NCBI RefSeq assembly: GCF_001194135.2
Contig: NC_069000.1
Span: 2,489,932-2,553,931 of the forward strand
Source: Octopus bimaculoides
Taxonomy: Eukaryota
DNA: 64,000 nt
Direction of reading: 5' to 3'
Part shown: positions 38,049 to 51,322 of the stretch, one piece after another
Numbering within the stretch: position 1 is the stretch's first letter
Layout: each line of letters begins with the position of its first letter
The notes under the pieces: generated by a model
Told to the model about the DNA's origin: nothing
The model's database searches: none
The model's input: only the letters and a program-made list of their open reading frames with translations
Made by a program: the position numbers and the translations under genes

Positions 38049-39307
38049 TACAAATAATAAAAATCACATCAGAAGGGTCTATGAGATGAATAGTCGAACT
38101 TTGTCATTATATTCTAAATTATTGAAATCTTGTCTAAATATTTTCGCCGCATGTTTTATGGCTACTAATGTAAAGAACACAACCATTAGAAAGAGATTGA
38201 TTCTTCAAGTAGAAGACACCTACAAAAAAACAAAACAAAAAAAAACAACAAAGAAAGTACCCTCGCACAAAAATTCGTACACTCATCGCCGACATTAACT
38301 CAATGCCTCAACAAGGCTGTGTTATGCAAATTTCTAGTTATAATCAAAGACACAGTAAAATTTAGATTCAATGAGAAAGTAAAACATAATTATTAGGAGA
38401 ATAATGACAAAGAAAGTAATAATAGAAAATGGAAATTTTAGGCAACGAAAATCTACATAAATAATATACTGTTGGAAAACAAGCCACGAATTTCTAAAGT
38501 TCGACAAACATGCAATTATATTGCAATATGCATTCGAAACTTATAACAATAAACATGAATAATCTATCCATACAATTAGCGCCAACAAAAAGACGATGGG
38601 CTGGGTTAGTTATTCTGCATTGTAGTTTGGAATATTCATCGTAGTTTAACGTATTAATTATTTCACAGTAATCTCACGTTCCAAAAGGCATTCGACTATG
38701 ATGCCAAACAAAACTTACTTAGTGTATACAAGTGGGTAAAGTTAAAACCTTAATAACTGCATATAGCAAACGTATGCGTGCGTTTATACATGCATATAAT
38801 ACACACACAGACACGCACAAGTACTTACAAACATATATTTGTATATACATGCACGTACACATGTACGTATGTGTGTGCGCGTAAGTGTGAGTGCGTGTGC
38901 GCGCGTGTGTGAATGTCTGCATATATTTGTAAAACGACTTTTGCGAAGAAAAGCTTTATATTGACTTAATTGCCATTCTCCAGATGGGTAACGAAGGCAA
39001 CTAAGAGAACATTTCTGAGATCATTCAGTTAATATGGCGTTTTTGTGTAGATATGTGTAAATATTCGGCACTTCCACGTAGTCAGCACTCAAAATACTCT
39101 CTCTTTGCTTCTGCAGGTGTCACGAGACGACATAGACACCTGAAATAAGTATCGACAACATGTTACATATCACCGAGGTATAGTCGCTTGCAGATGACGG
39201 CTTGCGCGCTGTCCTTCGAGAATTCCTGAATTACAACAAAATCAACAAGAATATATGCTATTCATGATCAATTTAGACTGGGATAGACATGGATGGATAT
39301 CTATCTA

Positions 39308-39340
<33 letters not shown>

Positions 39341-40062
39341 TATATACCAACCTACCTATCTGTCTGTCGAGCTAGCTGTCTGTGTGTATCCATCTGTCTG
39401 TCGCTATATGTGTGTGTATATATGTATGTATATACACACATATATACACATACACACATACGCGCGCACATATAATATTTGTGTAACGGGATTTATATCG
39501 AGAAATTTAATAGATTCATATGTGACCTCACAGTATTTAATTGACCTCTCTTTGAAGTACAGTGATCTCATCAACTAGGAAGGAAAATCGAATCGACCGT
39601 CTAGCAATTCCTCGAAAATTAGTTTCTCCTAACTATTGGGAGACAGCTGTAAGCACTGTTTTATAGAATCCTTTCAATCTGTTTACCAAATCAATCTGTA
39701 AATTGCTGTTTTATTGGCTCAGTTAATTACTATGTGATGCAATTCCACAAAGCTTTAGAAATTATCCAAGGTGACCCTTATTATGTTTATATTTTCTATT
39801 TATATATATTGAACTCAATAATCTACATTAACATTACTGAATTAGATTGGAACATGACATTAAAGTAGTATGAGAAGTGAATACGGGATTGCAATTGAGT
39901 CGTAAATGAATGAATGAACAAGTCAATCGCTTTATTCTTTCGAAGTCAATCAGTGCTCAGTATTTCAATTTATATATACAAATATATAAATATATATACA
40001 TATATACATACATATATATATATATATATGATCCTAACCTTGCATGAACCTTGAAGCTAATG

Positions 40063-40145
40063 TTCAGGTCACTGCCTGGAATCGAACTCGGGATTTTGGG
40101 GTTAGTAGCCCGCGCTCTTAACCACTACGCCCGCCATATGCCCGT
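40063..40145 (-). mobile_element. tRNA-like SINE head / tRNA pseudogene with apparent ACT anticodon
   Basis: Minus strand: gggcatatggcgggcgtagtggttaagagcgcggg-CTACTAA-ccccaaaatcccgagttcgattccaggcagtgacc. A box and B box present, weak acceptor and anticodon stems, no long variable arm. Confidence 0.75.
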
Positions 40146-40147
40146 GA

Positions 40148-40330
40148 ATCTTTTCAACTCTAGGCACAAGGCCCGAAATGTTTAGGGAGGGTGCCAGTAA
40201 TTAGATCGACCATATACGCAACTGGTACTTAATTTATCGACCCCGAAAGGCTGAAATGCAAAGTCGACCTCGACGGAATTTGGACTTAGAACGTAAAGAC
40301 AGACGAAATATCGCTAAGCATTTCGTCCCT
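40148..40330 (-). mobile_element. SINE family A, well conserved
   Basis: ctctaggcacaaggcccgaaat...tcgaccccgaaaggctgaaatgcaaagtcgacctcg...gaacgtaaagacagacgaaatatcgctaagcatttcg. Confidence 0.9.
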
Positions 40331-40613
40331 AAACTAATATGAATGGTTCTATACTTTTGAAGTATTTGCAACAACTAGGCATTCCAAAATATTAATTATC
40401 TCAGCGATACTAAATCAATTTCTGAATAGGTTAAGTGTATAAGTGTAATCCTCGAAACGATATTCAAACATTTCGCTTTCTTTACGTTTTCTTGGAATAT
40501 AATTCTCAGTTCGCAATCTAATACGTATGTATTTGTGCATGAACGTGTGTGCATCATCAGATTCACAGATGGATTATAATCCTGATTTGCAAATTTGAAC
40601 TGAAGTAGAAGTA

Positions 40614-40650
<37 letters not shown>

Positions 40651-40782
40651 NNNNNNNNNNNNNNNNNNNNNNNNNNNNNNNNNNNNNNNNNNNNNNNNNN
40701 NNNNNNNNNNNNNNNNNNNNNNNNNNNNNNNNNNNNNNNNNNNNNNNNNNNNNNNNNNNNNNNNNNNNNNNNNNNNNNNNNN

Positions 40783-40813
<31 letters not shown>

Positions 40814-41249
40814 TATATGCTTGCACTTAAGTGCGTACATCAATTTATATTATACACACATATACATACACACTCACACACACATATATGTATGCGTACA
40901 CATGAATTATATGAGACTGGTTAGTCCTTGCTGTAGATAACATATTCTCCTCTTTCAAGGTACATTACACTTGTTTCGAAAAAAATATATATTTAAGAAT
41001 TGAAACAACATTGTTATCTGCAATTAAGTTAGCTTTCAATAACCAAGCGAAGCAGTAAAGTACCATTAATTCGATTTGGTTTTATCGAAATTTCATTGTT
41101 AAGCAGCTGATAACATTCCCCAGATGATAGCTAAAATGAAAGTCACTTGGAAATTCGAATTCATTTTGGAAGTTTTAATCTGGAGACAATAATGACGCTT
41201 ATATTGAATAAGGGTACATCAGGCAAAGTGTTGTCTTTATGTGAAACAG

Positions 41250-41362
41250 CTGTGAGGCTCAATGGCCCAGTTATTAAGGCGGCGGATTTGCTGTCGTAGG
41301 ATCGCGGTTTCGATTCCCAGAACGGGTGTTGTGAGTGTTTATTGAGCGATAATACCTTAAGT
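41250..41362 (+). mobile_element. tRNA-derived SINE family D head
   Basis: caatggcccagttattaaggcggcggat (A box-like)...cgtaggatcgcggtttcgattcccagaacggg (B box). Confidence 0.65.
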
Positions 41363-42569
41363 CTACTGTATTTTCTTTAACATACAGCCAGGAACTTTTC
41401 AGTACCCCTGTGTATTATAAAAGGTTTAGTCTAAAATGTATACAAATACACGTGTGTGTTTGTGTGCGCGTGTGTGAGTTTATGCAGTGTGAATTTGCAC
41501 ATACGAGTATGTATGTATATGATGATAGCAGAATAATAATTAGGAAATTTTATATCTCCCATCAAATACTGCACTGATATCTGTTTAATATGTTAGTGCT
41601 TCCAGAATCCCCTTGGAGTTCCACACTTTTATCGACATAAACAAATAATTATATACAAAGACACACGCGCACACACCACACAAATACATAAACAGAAACA
41701 TAAGCATAATCTTCCACACACACACACAACTATGCGTAAATGTAGGGGCGTATCGCTGCGCGTGCGTATGCATGTTCATGTTCATCTGTGTATCTGAACT
41801 TGTACAGTTTCTTGTACATATGTGTGTGACAGCGTGAATAGCTTTTGGTAAACGCTCGCGGTTTCATTTAGCCAATTGAAGTACTGCGCCATCAAATTTT
41901 ACGATATATCATAAATATACCATTTGTCATAAAAGATATTTAATAAGATGGTAAAGTACACTAATTATAATGTTGAATGTTACTGGGGCGTGCTATATAA
42001 GCTTCAAATGAAGAGTTATCAAACAGTAGTTGTCAGCCTACACGGTTTCTAATATATCCCTATGAATATAATGATCTTTATATCTAGCGTTAAATTATTT
42101 AAATGAAATGCAATTTTCGGGAGGGCTAGATTGAATATCGATTATAATGAATTCCTTTTTATTTTATCTTTTGCTGCGATTTTAATTTATATATGTATAT
42201 ATATATTATTGAGTGTATTGATGTGTCTGTTTAGCCATGATTAATGCTCGTGTTTTTCCGTTGACATTACTATAAACAAACCGTTAACAATGAGCTTTCA
42301 ACTAGTACGTACACTTATTTATACACGATAACCTTACGCACTTATCATCATTGAAAATGGAGTACGTACACACTTTTTAAATTTTGCATACGCACAGACG
42401 ATCACACGTAACAAATATATATATATATAGGTTCAACAAACACTTAGATATATACTCCATACAACATTTGGAGTATAAATAAATATATAAATAAATACAT
42501 ATATGCATATATACATAGAAATGTGAGTGCGTGTGTATATATATATTCTGTTTTGTGTGCGTGTGTCTG

Positions 42570-42651
<82 letters not shown>

Positions 42652-42700
42652 TAGATAGATAGATATATGTATATACATGTGTGTGTGTGTGTGTGTGCAC
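42570..42700. repeat. Compound (CT)n(AT)n(AGAT)n(TG)n
   Basis: Directly visible. Confidence 0.95.
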
Positions 42701-43579
42701 TGCGTTGAATTTCTTGTGACAAGGAATTAAATTATTATAATTATATAACTATACAGTTAGGTGTTTATGAATTTTGCTTTATTTCGTTTTGTCATATATT
42801 TATATGTTTTAGTATTGGTCTTTTCTCTTTTTTATTTCAAATATTCATCGAATATTAATCTCTTATATTTTTATATTTTGCAATATATCATGATTTTTTT
42901 TTCTTTCATTATTCATATTTATAGATTTACGATTTTGTTTTCAATATCGTTAATGCCTACTTATTGATATTCCGAACCTCTCTTACAAAACAAATAGAAA
43001 TGAAATATAACGAATATGAAACACTTTTTGATTAGGAAAAGCACCAAACATCCATTACAATGTGTTTGGATGGTTAGAAGGTGGAGGTGCGGGGGTAGCG
43101 TTGGTTCTGCTGTTGATTGTACGGAGTTAAAAGTGAAAAAAAATAATAAATATTTGTAAAAGAAAAGCAAAAATTTATACAAAAAATGTAAACATGAATG
43201 AAAGTGCATAAATTTAAATGAAATGTAATTTAAGAGCACTTCATAATTAAATTTGAGATGAGATATGAAAGGATAATAATCAATGGTTGAGTTACCAGTT
43301 CTCAATCTCTCTCTTCCTCCCACTCTCTCCGTCTCTTATTCACTCTCCCCATCACATTATCCCCCTCTCATATCAGGTGGTACACAGGAACTCATCAAAA
43401 TCTTGCGATACGTAACAACCGGGTTAACAGTTGATCGTTCATTATATAAGCAAAGTATGTGAATCTGGATAAAATAGTACGCCATTGAGGAGAAACCAAA
43501 TGGCAGACGATGACAAACAAATTGATAGTGGTATAATTTTATTTTTCGTTCTCTCTTTCTTTTTCCGTCTCTATCTCAT

Positions 43580-43652
<73 letters not shown>

Positions 43653-43716
43653 AGATGTAGTAAAATGTGCGAGAGGAAGGGAGAGAAATTCATTGGCATA
43701 TACACATTGAATAATC

Positions 43717-43922
43717 ATTTCTACTCTAGGCACAAGGGGGAGGGAGCAGTCGATTAGATCGACCCCAGTATGCAACTGGAACTTAGTTTACCAACACCGA
43801 AAGGACGAAAGCCAAAGTCGACCCTCGGTGAAACTTGAACTAAGAACGTAAAGGCAGACGAAACACGGCTAAGCATTTCGCAGGCGTGCTATCGATTCTG
43901 CCAGCTCGCCGCTCGCCGCCTT
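43717..43922 (-). mobile_element. SINE family A, full length
   Basis: From tttctactctaggcacaagg to gattctgccagctcgccgctcgccgcc, with a 7-bp duplication at the 5' end. Confidence 0.9.
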
Positions 43923-45050
43923 ATGTCCAGCCTATAATGATTATCGCATTTGTACTTTTGGCTTCAGGAGACATATGTCTCCAAGCATTATCATATAGGC
44001 TGCGAGCTGGCAATCATCAGAACGACGTCCACAATGTTTCATGGTTTTCTTCCAATCCTCTTCGACTTAAGTTCAATCGTCACTGAGGTCAGCTTTGTTT
44101 TTCATCATTTTAATTTTCGATAAAGTTTTATCAGTCGAAGGCCGATGATCCACAGAGCAGTAAGAACGTCGTACCGGATGTCTTGAAGTATATATTCAAG
44201 GTATCTGCATTCTGCTTTTGAATCCGTCCTCGGATTGTAGATTTAGCCCCACATGTAAATGGTTTAAGCGGAGATCCCTGCGTTGCAAGCATTCAAACGA
44301 AGTTTTCGATTTTAGGATACCTTTCAACTCTCTCTATCTCGTCGAATATCAAAGGGCACGTGACAGATCCTCGGCATTGCCTTCTCATTTGAATAACAGA
44401 CAAACGAAGAATCACATCGTTATGCATTTCATCTAACTGAGAAAACAAATTATTTGGTAATTATGGTAAATTCTGCAGATAATCACAAGGGATAAGCTAT
44501 CATTTTTGCATTGACTATGATCAATAATTAATTGGCATACTCATTAATGAATCGAAATTTATCGTACACTGAGAAACACGCACATACATGTGCACAGAAA
44601 CACTGACAGGATTGCACGCATGCTCGCACACACACACGCGCGCACACATATATGTATATATGTACATTAGTAAATATACATAAACACAATGTTGATATAT
44701 ACTTACGTAAGAATATTCATATATATAACACCTCTGTAACTTTTCAGCTTTCCTTTCTCTTTCCGTTTCTTTCACCCTCCTTCTATTGCATCCAATTCCC
44801 TTTGGTTTTTTTTCTCGAGATTTTTTTTGTTACATTGTTGTGATTTGTAACTGGCATAGGCCATCTAGCCAGAGCCTGAGATTGCTTAGACAAACAAGGC
44901 ATATTATTAAACCTAGAAAATATCTGCAGTGTATGAAAGTATTCGTAGCGCATAACTATATACTGTGTACATTAAACTTTATCTACACCTCACCAGGTGG
45001 AATACATCTTTTATTGATATTACCTTAACGGGAAAGTAAACTACATACAC

Positions 45051-45092
<42 letters not shown>

Positions 45093-46484
45093 CTGTGTAT
45101 GTATGTATATATATAATGTGACACTTTACCAAACGTCATTATTTATGCGTATGTGTATGTTTGAAAAAGATTTGCATTGATTTTGTCAAATTTTGGTTGC
45201 TAGAACAAGAACATTGAAATAATGTCTCCATGTAAATAAAAAATGATGTCTCCTGGAAAGTTGGAAAGGGATATAAAAAATATCTGTCCACTCACGAATA
45301 AATGTTCCAGTTGTCGGAATATTTCAATACATACATATATATATATATGTATTAAGTATTGAGTTCAAATAACCATTCATATATTCATGTTCCGCTGCAT
45401 TTATGAACATGACGCCAACAGAGACTACGCCTCCAAGATTTGTCACACTGTTTTATCTATTTAAGTATTGACCATGTCTTCTGACCTGATATTTAATAGC
45501 CTCGGTTTAGACGAAACTTCTCTGCAGGTATTACATTAAATTTTTGAAGGAAACGAAATTTCTTGGCGTTTCTAACATTTAATTCTTCTCACATAGAATA
45601 AATACTTTGAGAATTTCATCATATGTTTGTATACAGCTAATTTAATCAGCTATGCAACAGTCGATTACTTACGTAACAAGCATTCTTCCCCACTTTACAA
45701 AGTAAAGTCATAAAGTAAAATTGTAATAGGCAAACCTACGTTAAAGAAAATATTTATCTATGTTTACTAAAACAGTGAAAAGAGATGTTACATACTTTGA
45801 AAAGAACGAAATATTACGAACAAGGAAAAAACAAAGAAAGTAGAAAATCTTTTAATATGTAAATAGTAGATAAGTATAAAATAAAAGACATTTTCAAAAA
45901 GAAGAAAGAACTTTAAAAAAAGCTAAAACAAATAAGAAAGAACGAAAGAAAAATGGCTTACTCTGAAACTGTGGAAAGATACATTGTTATCAGTTGGATT
46001 CTCAAAAATGCATTTACATTTTGTAAAAATAGAGAAAGAGAGGAAAGTAAATCACTGCAGTCTTATCGAAATACCATAAATTAGTAAATATATTTTTGTT
46101 TAGTTTTACATTCTGTTTGTTATGGAAAACGTTAAAAAATCGAATTAAAAGGAAAAGTATATAGAAAGAAGGAATTTTTATATTTTTTCTTATCATTTAG
46201 TAATTTTTTTTTTGCTAGGGTCTAACTAATCTATACATAAACTATTTATTACCCCATGCAAAATGTGTATTCATGTATTCGTGTCTGTTTTACAGGCCGT
46301 ATTTTAGAACCAGAAAAATACGCGCGCACAAATGTAAATCGCATATACAGCAATAAAGCACACGTAAGTACTTACAAGTACTTGTGTAGTTCCATGCTAT
46401 ATATATGTATATATATATATATNNNNNNNNNNNNNNNNNNNNNNNNNNNNNNNNNNNNNNNNNNNNNNNNNNNNNTATATATAA

Positions 46485-46516
<32 letters not shown>

Positions 46517-46545
46517 TGCTATATATGTACGTTCACATATCAACT

Positions 46546-46591
<46 letters not shown>

Positions 46592-47384
46592 CATTTATCT
46601 TTATGTGTGTGCATGCGTGCGTATTCAAATTCATGTATTCATGCATATTTATATATATACATGTATGTATGTATGAATGTATGTATGTATACACCCACAT
46701 TACAATATAAAATTTGTAAAACAGCAAAATCTTACTGTCACCTCCCTTGTGAAATTTGTGCTTTATGCAATCAGAAAATCTCGAGAAAACTGAACAGAAA
46801 TTGCGAGAAAGATAAGAAAATAAGCGGTGATGGGTTGAATTGTTATGTATCCAGCTACTAAGAAAAAGCGCACACATGCACACACGTACATAGATGTTCT
46901 CATGTACGCGTACAGAGAATCCCACATACTCATAATCACACCTGCGCGCGCAGATACACGTGGTCGCAAATATGGTTTGCCAATGCTCATACACGTGCAT
47001 ACGTTTCCATGCACACTCACCTTACATGTAAAGTCGCTATTCCAAACGAAACACACATACATCTACACATGCATGCACCTCCATATGTCCATTGTAAGTA
47101 CAGATCAGAATCTAGAATTGCTGCATTGGAATAAACCTGACTTATCTGGAGGAACGAAAGCCTGTCAGTGATGAGGTGATAATTATCGTTTAGACAAACC
47201 AAGAGGTTGATTAATCATATAATTATTTAAGAAATTGATTATTGTATTAGTTCAGTTAATGTTATTTTTTATTGTGCTCTACATTCGTAGTCAAATGTTT
47301 TGAATATAGGTCTGAAAATTAGAATTTTTTATATCAAATGCGCAAATTTATATTTAATTGCAATATATTACAAGTAATACAGTT

Positions 47385-47552
47385 CTATATTTAAGAGTTG
47401 AACAATTATGTACATTATTAATATTACTTACATTTGACGGATATTTATCCTCATCTTGTTTGTTGCTAACACAACGTTTAGGCTGATATACCTTCCAGCC
47501 TTCATCAGGTGTCTTGGTGATTTTTTTTTATCATTGTAAGACATTCCTCAAA
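47385..47552 (-). mobile_element. PLE-like 3' tail containing a hammerhead motif
   Basis: Minus strand: ccaagacac-CTGATGA-aggctgg...cagcc-taaacgttgtgttagcaacaaacaagatgaggataaatatccgtcaaatgta. CTGATGAAG...GAAACGTT followed by an A-rich trailer is typical of Penelope-like termini. Confidence 0.65.
47468..47513 (-). ncRNA. Minimal type-I hammerhead ribozyme-like motif with core G12>T
   Basis: GACAC-CTGATGA-A-GGCTGG-aaggtata-TCAGCC-TAAAC-GT-T-GTGTT. 5-bp helix I, 6-bp helix II, palindromic AACGTT helix III; the expected GAAAC reads TAAAC (position 47480). Confidence 0.65.
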
Positions 47553-47556
47553 TGTC

Positions 47557-47617
47557 CGTGGGCATATGGCGTAGTGTTATTCCAATTCCAGGCAGTGATC
47601 TGAATAATAAAAATAAA

Positions 47618-47687
<70 letters not shown>
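47557..47687 (+). mobile_element. tRNA-like SINE head (internally deleted) plus (AAT)n
   Basis: cgtgggcatatggcgtagtg...attccaggcagtgatctga is the same family as 40063-40145 but lacks the anticodon arm; followed by an (AAT)n tract. Confidence 0.8.
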
Positions 47688-47962
47688 GATATAGAGAGAA
47701 GAATTCTTTACTTGTATACGATTCACACAATCCATCACTAAGGTATTTCGGCATCTCGTGTGCCTTCCGAAATATAGTTCAACTTCAAATAAATAACTGT
47801 TGCTTTCGAGTCGCGCTTTTCGTCATTAAGTTTGCCTTGGTGATGGTTTACGTCAGCTATGTTTACCTTAGTGATGGATTGGGTCAATAGGATTTGTCTT
47901 TCGATCGCCCGGGTCGAGAGTGTTTTGTCGACACAATTTTTCTTTCATTTTCATATTGATTT

Positions 47963-48138
47963 CTGTTTTAGAGACAAGGCTAACAATATTGTGGGGAGAG
48001 AGTTAGTCGATTACGTCGACCTCGGTACTCGGGGGGGGGGGGGTTTGGTTGAAACTAAAACTAACCACAGTGAAATTTGAACTAAGAACTCTGAATTGCG
48101 TCAAAAACACGCAAAGCATTTTGTCCTGCACGCTAACC
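47963..48138 (-). mobile_element. SINE family A, degenerate
   Basis: agagacaaggc...agtcgattacgtcgacctcggtac...aaatttgaactaagaac...gcaaagcattttgtcctgcacgctaac. Confidence 0.65.
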
Positions 48139-48662
48139 AATATATCTACCCAATGGCATAACAGTCTCTATAACATAATACGTAATTTTATGTTTTTATG
48201 CTGAAGATGGTATTAAATATATGGAGCAACAGGACTGTGGCCTTTTCAAACTCTTTCATTATATCATTCATTTTCTCAGCATATCCATTAGAGATGAGAC
48301 TATAACTGCCTAAAAACATTCTGGTCAAACGAAAGTGAGTGTTTAATCTCAAACGATTGATCTGTCCCAAACTTTACAATAGTTATTTGCCATAAACTGT
48401 GCAGTATTATTAATAATAAAAAAAGAAATACTTCATTTGATGTTGATGTAAAAGTTATTGGCATGTAGATCGAAGTCAGTACGGGGCGATTGCTGATTTA
48501 TAATCGGCGCTACTGATGGCAGATCTAATTCCTGATACAGATTGAAGCCTATTAAATTTCTTCTTTCATCGCTTCGGCATTGTTGTCTACGATCTAGTAA
48601 ATATAGTTTCAGAGAGTGCTTCATATTCGATTCCATGTATATGTGTTTGTGTGTGTATATAT

Positions 48663-49649
48663 NNNNNNNNNNNNNNNNNNNNNNNNNNNNNNNNNNNNNN
48701 NNNNNNNNNNNNNNNNNNNNNNNNNNNNNNNNNNNNNNNNNNNNNNNNNNNNNNNNNNNNNNNNNNNNNNNNNNNNNNNNNNNNNNNNNNNNNNNNNNNN
48801 NNNNNNNNNNNNNNNNNNNNNNNNNNNNNNNNNNNNNNNNNNNNNNNNNNNNNNNNNNNNNNNNNNNNNNNNNNNNNNNNNNNNNNNNNNNNNNNNNNNN
48901 NNNNNNNNNNNNNNNNNNNNNNNNNNNNNNNNNNNNNNNNNNNNNNNNNNNNNNNNNNNNNNNNNNNNNNNNNNNNNNNNNNNNNNNNNNNNNNNNNNNN
49001 NNNNNNNNNNNNNNNNNNNNNNNNNNNNNNNNNNNNNNNNNNNNNNNNNNNNNNNNNNNNNNNNNNNNNNNNNNNNNNNNNNNNNNNNNNNNNNNNNNNN
49101 NNNNNNNNNNNNNNNNNNNNNNNNNNNNNNNNNNNNNNNNNNNNNNNNNNNNNNNNNNNNNNNNNNNNNNNNNNNNNNNNNNNNNNNNNNNNNNNNNNNN
49201 NNNNNNNNNNNNNNNNNNNNNNNNNNNNNNNNNNNNNNNNNNNNNNNNNNNNNNNNNNNNNNNNNNNNNNNNNNNNNNNNNNNNNNNNNNNNNNNNNNNN
49301 NNNNNNNNNNNNNNNNNNNNNNNNNNNNNNNNNNNNNNNNNNNNNNNNNNNNNNNNNNNNNNNNNNNNNNNNNNNNNNNNNNNNNNNNNNNNNNNNNNNN
49401 NNNNNNNNNNNNNNNNNNNNNNNNNNNNNNNNNNNNNNNNNNNNNNNNNNNNNNNNNNNNNNNNNNNNNNNNNNNNNNNNNNNNNNNNNNNNNNNNNNNN
49501 NNNNNNNNNNNNNNNNNNNNNNNNNNNNNNNNNNNNNNNNNNNNNNNNNNNNNNNNNNNNNNNNNNNNNNNNNNNNNNNNNNNNNNNNNNNNNNNNNNNN
49601 NNNNNNNNNNNNNNNNNNNNNNNNNNNNNNNNNNNNNNNNNNNNNNNNN
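48663..49649. other. Largest assembly gap (987 N)
   Basis: N-run flanked by (TA)n on both sides. Confidence 0.98.
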
Positions 49650-51011
49650 ATATATATATATATATACAATCTGTTTTATTGACCTTGTCGTGAAACTAAA
49701 TTAGACGAATATAAGCCAAAACCCATTTGTTAGTTTGCATCGATGGGCTCTTAAGAGGAAGATCAAAAGTATAACATCATTAGCCTATGTGGAACATTTA
49801 TTGTAACAGCTGAAGAAACAATCACTTTATGGGATGTTGTTAAGAAGAGGGCAAACAAGAACAGCGTCTATATTTATCAGCGGGCGCTGGAAGAAAGAAA
49901 ATTGTAGCAATAAAGATAAGAGGAAAACTGTTAACATAGGGAGATTACAATATATATGAAAGAGACAATGAATGCAATACGTTTCCATTAAAGGTAATGT
50001 ATCGGGTGTGACTGTGTTTGTATGTGTGTGTGTGTGTTCTTGAGGGTGATCGATATTGAGGGAGACACAAGCACATAAACATTCACACGCACGTTCGTAT
50101 ACGTGTACATACGTTTACACTCACATACACATACATATACAAATTCACACACATAGATATGTAGGTATATAGCATTTCCTCTCCCTATGCTCTCACGACA
50201 TATTTAAATATATATATATATCCCATTTCTCCCTACACATACACACAAATATATAGTTATATATACGCAGGCACAGACAGACAAAGACACACACAGAGAA
50301 ATATATATATGAATGTATGTATACTCACTAGCACATCCTTAGACAAAGATGGAGTTAGTGAGGGTGGAGTATCGTAAAAAGTGTTTTCGCCAGACAAAAA
50401 TAGATTGCCGTTAAATATTTTGGTTTAGTTTAAAAAACGTTATAGTCGGTTGAATCAACTCAGATACTTCACAACTGATTAATTTAACAGCTTTTGAAGG
50501 GATAGAAATCTAAGTTGTTATATAAGTCTCCTGTTATCACTTATCAGTAACGATAAGTGATAATATAGCCGACATAAGAAATAATAAAACATCCAATAGC
50601 GCCTTCTACTCTTGAGAAGACTGACGCTAGGAGATGGATGTTTTAAAATAGCATCGATATTAGGGAATTAATAGAGGCATATGATGTAAAATTCGAAAGG
50701 CATCACAAAACAGTACAACGGCGTTATATATAGATTTATTCAAAATGCTTGGGTGTGTGTGTGTGTATCTTCGTATGCGAGCGTAGAAAAACGTAGGGAA
50801 GTTCCACTCCACATTTTGTACACACAGGGATATACGACATTCACACATACACTATCATTACTATTATTATTGTCATTATCATCTTCTGCCAATTCTGTTT
50901 CCATTTCTTGCCGAGTGTCTTCCTGACACCTGGGGCAGAGAAACGCACTGTATACATTGGTAGGCCATTAAAATGAACACACCAGGTTGTTCATTTCCAT
51001 CATTAATTTTT

Positions 51012-51154
51012 TAGTTCAAATTTAGCCGAGGGTCAGCTTGCGTTTCATCCTTTCGGAGTCGATAAATTAACCCCCAGTGAAACACTGGGATCGATGTGGC
51101 GGACTATTCACCGCTTTCGAAATCTAGGCCTTGTGTCTATAGTAGAAAGGACTA

Positions 51155-51155
<1 letters not shown>
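51012..51155 (+). mobile_element. SINE family A, 3' part
   Basis: agttcaaatttagccgagggtcagcttgcgtttcatcctttcggagtcgataaattaa...ggccttgtgtctatagtagaaagg, followed by (ATT)n. Confidence 0.8.
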
Positions 51156-51156
<1 letters not shown>

Positions 51157-51213
<57 letters not shown>

Positions 51214-51265
51214 TGTAGTAGTAGTAGTAGTAGTAGCAGCAGCAGCAGTAGCAGTAGTAGTAGTG

Positions 51266-51322
<57 letters not shown>
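51157..51322. repeat. Compound (ATT)n(AGT)n(AGC)n(AGT)n
   Basis: Directly visible. Confidence 0.95.

Noticed and set aside
48255-48340. Acceptor/donor pair around a 54-nt segment
   Set aside because: Stops in all three frames; no other support
48542-49704. ORFs of 340-380 aa here, and similar ones at 15501, 17035, 20311, 23476 and 34284
   Set aside because: Open only because they cross N-gaps and dinucleotide repeats
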